DNA of 64,000 nt from a virus (taxonomy: Duplodnaviria; Heunggongvirae; Uroviricota; Caudoviricetes). The DNA lies in IMG/VR virus record IMGVR_UViG_3300009784_000001, positions 246,418-310,417 of that record; one strand, 5' to 3'. The position numbers and the translations under genes are program-made. A model generated the notes under the pieces. The model saw only the letters and a program-made list of their open reading frames with translations. It searched no databases and was not told the DNA's origin. Below, one piece after another: positions 60,163-64,000 of the stretch. Position 1 is the first letter of the stretch; every line of letters begins with the position of its first letter.

Positions 60163-60247
60163 GGAAAGTAAACCTATAAGGTGTAGGAACCGCCTGCTAA
60201 GCGAGTTGTACAATTAAATGTATGTGAATCGTGTTCACTGCTCTCCG
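60163..60247 (+). tRNA. tRNA-Ser(GCT)
   Basis: CGC-CTGCTAA-GCG, long variable arm, G73; atypical T loop. Confidence 0.78.
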
Positions 60248-60288
60248 CAAAAGTTCTTTGAAATTGTTGGTTAATTATAAATTATTAT

Positions 60289-60371
60289 GGATTAGTTGGG
60301 TAGTGGCAATCCCAAGACACTGTAACTGTCTCGCCTTCGGGCTTTCGCTGGTTCGAGTCCAGCCTAATCCA
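60289..60371 (+). tRNA. tRNA-Tyr(GTA)
   Basis: AGACA-CTGTAAC-TGTCT, variable arm GCC-TTCG-GGC. Confidence 0.92.
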
Positions 60372-60442
60372 CATAAAAATATTTTTCTTAATAACTATAC
60401 TTTTTTAGTTCGATGCGATATTTATATATAAATGTAAATATT

Positions 60443-61384
60443 ATGATAAAGGAACGAGAAGAATTAATTATTAAAATAATAAAAGAGAGTAATAGTATTT
60501 CAGAGGTTTGTAAAAAGTTAAATATATCTGTTACTAATGGTAATTATATAACAATAAAAAAAATAATAAAAAACAATAATTTAGATATATCTCATTTTAA
60601 AAGAGTTTCACAAAATTCTAATAAAAAGCGATATACGTTACAAGAAATTATGGTTGAAAATTCATCATACACCAATGTAAATAAATTAAAGAAAAGATTA
60701 ATTAAAGAAGGGATTAAGGAAAATAAATGTGAAATATGTGGAATAAGTAAATGGAATGGAGAACAAATTTCTTTACAATTGCATCATAAAAATGGTATCA
60801 CAAGTGATAATAGAATAGAAAATTTACAAGTACTTTGTCCCAATTGTCATTCTCAAACACATAACTATGGTGGGAAAAATATAGATAATAAAATAAGAGA
60901 AGATAGATTTTGCAGAATATGTGAGAAAAAGTTAAACGATACACAAAAAAAGTATTGTTCAATCAATTGCTATAATAAAAGTATTGATGATAATATTCCA
61001 ACTAAAAACAAAATCTTATCTTATATAAAAAATTATACAACACTTGTAGAATTATGTAAAAAAGAAAAAATTGATAGAGGGACATTTAGAAATTGGTGTA
61101 ATAAAAGACAATGTATAGATGATGTAAATTTTTTGTTGAAAAAAAATTTTGAAATAAAAATTTTAAATATTGAAGTTAAGAATGATTTATATGAAAAAAG
61201 ATGTGAATTAATAAATAAATTTAAAAAATTTGGGTCATTCTTACAAGTAGGTAAATATTATGGAGTATCCGATAATATGATAAGAAAAAGATGTAAAAAA
61301 ATTGGTTTACCTGTTCATACAAAAGAAATGATAAAATTAATAAATTCGGAAGAATGTCAGAGTGCTTTATTGTACAACTCTTGA
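60443..61384 (+). CDS. Free-standing HNH homing endonuclease within the tRNA array
   Basis: CEICG..LQLHHKNG..DNRIENLQVLCPNCHSQT; the stop codon is the anticodon of the next tRNA. Confidence 0.88.
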   Translation: MIKEREELIIKIIKESNSISEVCKKLNISVTNGNYITIKKIIKNNNLDISHFKRVSQNSNKKRYTLQEIMVENSSYTNVNKLKKRLIKEGIKENKCEICGISKWNGEQISLQLHHKNGITSDNRIENLQVLCPNCHSQTHNYGGKNIDNKIREDRFCRICEKKLNDTQKKYCSINCYNKSIDDNIPTKNKILSYIKNYTTLVELCKKEKIDRGTFRNWCNKRQCIDDVNFLLKKNFEIKILNIEVKNDLYEKRCELINKFKKFGSFLQVGKYYGVSDNMIRKRCKKIGLPVHTKEMIKLINSEECQSALLYNS

Positions 61385-61432
61385 AAAGTTGTGAACTTTC
61401 GAGTTCCGTAGGTTGGAATCCTACTTCTTCCG
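61348..61432 (+). tRNA. tRNA-Ser(TGA)
   Basis: CAACT-CTTGAAA-AGTTG, long variable arm, G73. Confidence 0.9.
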
Positions 61433-61443
61433 CAAGATAATAA

Positions 61444-61516
61444 GGGATAGTAACATAGAAGTTTATGTGCTGGTCTGAAAAACCAGAAATGCTTGAGGCG
61501 GTATCAGCCTATCCCA
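61444..61516 (+). tRNA. tRNA-Phe(GAA)
   Basis: CTGGT-CTGAAAA-ACCAG; atypical T loop GGCGGTA. Confidence 0.8.
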
Positions 61517-61526
61517 CAAATTAAAT

Positions 61527-61612
61527 GCTTCAATGGGGGAATTGCTAGACCCGCTTGATTTAGGCTCAAGTTTCTGGGAACAGAAGTGTAGGTTGGATTC
61601 CTACTTGAAGTA
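61527..61612 (+). tRNA. tRNA-Leu(TAG)
   Basis: CTTGA-TTTAGGC-TCAAG, long variable arm. Confidence 0.9.
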
Positions 61613-61618
61613 CAATAT

Positions 61619-61690
61619 GTTCAGTTGCCAGAGTGATAATGGGGTAGACTGCAAATCTATTTTTCGTTGGTTTGAATCCAACACTGAATT
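61619..61690 (+). tRNA. tRNA-Cys(GCA)
   Basis: GTAGA-CTGCAAA-TCTAT, T73. Confidence 0.9.
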
Positions 61691-61702
61691 CAAAAAATAA
61701 AT

Positions 61703-61773
61703 GCTGTGTTAGTATAAGAGTATTACATTGGCTTTGTAACCCAAAAATGGGGATGCGATTTCCTCACACAGCT
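61703..61773 (+). tRNA. tRNA-Thr(TGT)
   Basis: TTGGC-TTTGTAA-CCCAA, acceptor GCTGTGT/ACACAGC. Confidence 0.85.
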
Positions 61774-61782
61774 CTAAATTAA

Positions 61783-61854
61783 GGGCTTATCATATAATAG
61801 CTATTATGCCACCCCTGCAAGGTGGTTATTGGAGTGCAATTCTCCATAGGTCCA
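61783..61854 (+). tRNA. tRNA-Ala(TGC) with C33
   Basis: G3:T70 wobble, A73, CCACC-CCTGCAA-GGTGG. Confidence 0.85.
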
Positions 61855-61883
61855 CTTATTTAGCATTTATTAACTTGAATAAT

Positions 61884-61914
61884 TTTGATATTAGATAATA
61901 TTTTCTTATCTTTG
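61884..61914 (+). promoter_or_regulatory. Bacteroidota-type promoter
   Basis: TTTG-N19-TATCTTTG. Confidence 0.8.
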
Positions 61915-61933
61915 TATCATTAAAATAAATGGT

Positions 61934-62548
61934 ATGAAAAAGATAGAATTAGTTTATAATAATTTAGATATTAATAATTTACCAGGTGAAATATGGGTAG
62001 ATGCTTATGATTTTGATGGTTATTATGAAGTATCCAATATGGGGAGGATAAAAACTTGTGAAAGAGAAGTCAGTAATGGAGTTGGGACAAGAATAGTAAT
62101 TAGTAAAATTAGGAAACAGGTTTTAGGTAAAGATGATAGATTAACTTGTCCCTTTACTATAAATAATGAAAGTATATCTATAAATGTTTCAAGGTTAATC
62201 TTTCAATCTTTTAACCCCACTAAGATTTTAGATAATTTAGTGGTTTCACATAGAAATAGATGTAAATGTGATAATAGATTGAATAATTTAAAAGTGGAAA
62301 CATTACAAAACAATCATTTTGATAATGTTCATAAGTATAATTATGGCTTAAAAGAACATTTGTTAAAACTGAATAAAATTAAACATGAAAAATTTGTCAA
62401 TACAATAAAAAGCAAAGTTTGTAATAAATGTGGAATAGAAAAAGATATAATAGAATTTGTATATAAAAGAGAAGGAAAAAGAGATGAAAATAGAAATATA
62501 TGTAAAATGTGTAGAAATAAACGTGAAAGAAATAGAATTAAAAAATGA
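61934..62548 (+). CDS. NUMOD4-HNH homing endonuclease
   Basis: GEIW....FDGYYEVSNMGRIK (NUMOD4); VSHRN..KCDNRLNNL. Confidence 0.88.
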   Translation: MKKIELVYNNLDINNLPGEIWVDAYDFDGYYEVSNMGRIKTCEREVSNGVGTRIVISKIRKQVLGKDDRLTCPFTINNESISINVSRLIFQSFNPTKILDNLVVSHRNRCKCDNRLNNLKVETLQNNHFDNVHKYNYGLKEHLLKLNKIKHEKFVNTIKSKVCNKCGIEKDIIEFVYKREGKRDENRNICKMCRNKRERNRIKK

Positions 62549-62967
62549 GTTATAAAGATTTTTTTCAAAAACCAGAGTTTGATTTGGATGAAGTAGAAGA
62601 AAAAAGAGTAAATGCTTTGAAACCAGATGAAAATGGTGATTTAATGGAAAATGGTGATTATATTTTTCAGGATAGAGCAATTCATAATCAACAAGGTAAT
62701 ACAATTCAGCGTTCTTTTACAACTGTAAAGGGAGTTAGAGTAATGGAAGATACTTACATACCCTGGTCATGCTTTCAACCAATGAGGATGACTTTTGTGG
62801 TAGATTTGACATTGCCTGATGATACATTACCAACAACTGAAACAAGTTGGATGCAAAATTGGTATGAGCCTGAAGGATTTGCTCATCCTGCATTTGTAAA
62901 TTTTGAAGATGTTGTTGAATTTATAATTAAATGGAGAAAAAGTAACCCTAAAGTGGTTAATAATTAA
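62545..62967 (+). CDS. Hypothetical protein
   Basis: ORF track. Confidence 0.6.
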   Translation: MSYKDFFQKPEFDLDEVEEKRVNALKPDENGDLMENGDYIFQDRAIHNQQGNTIQRSFTTVKGVRVMEDTYIPWSCFQPMRMTFVVDLTLPDDTLPTTETSWMQNWYEPEGFAHPAFVNFEDVVEFIIKWRKSNPKVVNN

Positions 62968-62975
62968 ATAAAAAT

Positions 62976-63048
62976 GTTCAGTTCTTCTAATGGTTTAGGA
63001 AGCAAGACTGATATTCTTGTAATATAAGTTCGATTCTTATACTGAACA
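62976..63048 (+). tRNA. tRNA-Ile(GAT)
   Basis: CAAGA-CTGATAT-TCTTG. Confidence 0.88.
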
Positions 63049-63050
63049 CT

Positions 63051-63128
63051 GTGTGGGTAGCTAATATTGGTTAAGGCACTAGATTGTGGCTCTAGGTTTT
63101 TATGGGGGTTCGATTCCCCTCTCACACC
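63051..63128 (+). tRNA. tRNA-His(GTG)
   Basis: CTAGA-TTGTGGC-TCTAG, C73; genomic -1 base is T. Confidence 0.9.
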
Positions 63129-63142
63129 AAAAATAAGAAAGT

Positions 63143-63173
63143 TTTGTTATTTAAAAAATTATTCATATCTTTG
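63143..63173 (+). promoter_or_regulatory. Bacteroidota-type promoter
   Basis: TTTG-N19-TATCTTTG. Confidence 0.8.
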
Positions 63174-63193
63174 TATTGTAAATTAAATAAGAT

Positions 63194-63700
63194 ATGAAAA
63201 AAATCAGAAAATTTGTATTTGAAACAAACAGTTCAAGTTCTCATTCTATTACATTAGGTGATTTAGATTCATTTAGAAAAGATAGATATGGATTAAAATC
63301 TTGTATAGATGAAAATAACAATCTTGTATTAAAAGGTGGTGAATTTGGTTGGTATTTAGAAGATGATGAGGGTGCTGAAACAAAAGTAAATTATGTTGCA
63401 GTAGCTTTAACTTATTATTATGAAGCTGCGAAAGACAATGAAGAAAATTATTATGGTTTTACATTAGATGAAATCAATAATATTATTGAATTATTTAAAG
63501 AAGTTTTGAGAGAAGAAACAGATGCAGAAGTTGTTTTCAATTTTAAAGTAGGTTGGGAAGATTCTTACATTGATCATCAATCTATTGATATGATTGCAGA
63601 TGAAATTAAAGGTAAAAATGATTCAGAATTGAAAGAATTTTTCTATAATTTCATTTTTAATGAAAATTCAATATTAATAATTGATAATGATAATCATTAA
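63194..63700 (+). CDS. Phage protein of the R..FETNSSS.HS family
   Basis: N-terminal FETNSSSSHS, YIDHQS, C-terminal DND. Confidence 0.75.
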   Translation: MKKIRKFVFETNSSSSHSITLGDLDSFRKDRYGLKSCIDENNNLVLKGGEFGWYLEDDEGAETKVNYVAVALTYYYEAAKDNEENYYGFTLDEINNIIELFKEVLREETDAEVVFNFKVGWEDSYIDHQSIDMIADEIKGKNDSELKEFFYNFIFNENSILIIDNDNH

Positions 63701-63702
63701 TT

Positions 63703-63888
63703 ATGAATGAAGATAGTGGAGTTAGTTGTGGATGTGGTTGTTTTTCTTTTAGTATAGGTTGGGGGACTATTATTGCTGTAATATTAAGTTGAATGAAATG
63801 GCATTCAATTGGATGGGTAATTATTCATGGGTTATTAGGATGGTTATATGTAATATATTATATTGCAAAATATGTGTTATTAAATTAA
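63703..63888 (+). pseudogene. Small membrane protein interrupted by an in-frame TGA at 63790
   Basis: ..TIIAVILS*MKWHSIGWVIIHGLLGWLYVIYY.. reads as one hydrophobic protein. Confidence 0.6.
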
Positions 63889-63899
63889 AAATATATAAT

Positions 63900-64000
63900 A
63901 TGAAAAAAATTAGAATTAGTGTTTTTGAAACGAATAGTTCCAGCACTCATAGTCTTACAATTGTATCAAAAGAAGATTTTGAGAAGTGGAAAAAAGGTGA
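63900..64000 (+). CDS. Second FETNSSS.HS paralogue, runs off the window
   Basis: MKKIRISVFETNSSSTHSLTI. Confidence 0.75.
   Translation, partial: MKKIRISVFETNSSSTHSLTIVSKEDFEKWKKG

Noticed and set aside
62976-63128. Counting Ile and His tRNAs in the leader-2 match (leader has ATT x2 and CAT)
   Set aside because: They lie beyond a separate promoter at 61884-61914, so co-regulation is unproven.
1-64000. Stop-codon reassignment (TAG=Gln as in some Bacteroidota megaphages, or TGA=Trp)
   Set aside because: Long genes are intact under code 11, TAG and TGA end well-bounded genes, and no suppressor tRNA is present in the window.

Overview
AT-rich, gene-dense segment of a large (jumbo-type, T4-like myovirus) phage using the standard genetic code. 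The host is very probably Bacteroidota: TTTG-N19-20-TAnnTTTG promoters recur in intergenic gaps and gene starts are A-rich without Shine-Dalgarno sites. Layout: 0.2-7 kb replication/recombination (gp32-like SSB, thymidine kinase, RecA/UvsX, 5'-3' exonuclease, DnaB helicase); 7-30 kb baseplate/tail genes; 30-40 kb GH108 lysozyme, primase, RuvC, SbcCD and a sigma-70 factor; 40-53 kb putative internal head proteins, lysis-like and small genes, plus several related free-standing endonucleases; 53.6-63.1 kb an RNA island with 21 canonical tRNAs and several tRNA-like or structured RNAs. Main finding: two tRNA arrays are each preceded by a short unannotated leader ORF whose 3' end can pair with the 5' arm of an intrinsic terminator (classical attenuator geometry). 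The leader codons match the tRNAs downstream: a 36-aa S/T/Y/C/F/A/L leader before Ser, Tyr, Ser, Phe, Leu, Cys, Thr, Ala tRNAs, and a 43-aa N/E/K/D/P-rich leader before Glu, Asn, Asp, Pro, Pro, Lys tRNAs. This suggests a phage system that senses tRNA shortage by ribosome stalling and switches on matching replacement tRNAs. A second unexplained element is an 8-bp-stem + TWCAGCA RNA module, present as four stand-alone RNAs and, circularly permuted, inside the anticodon arms of two tRNA mimics. All calls were made by eye; no searches or folding programs were run.
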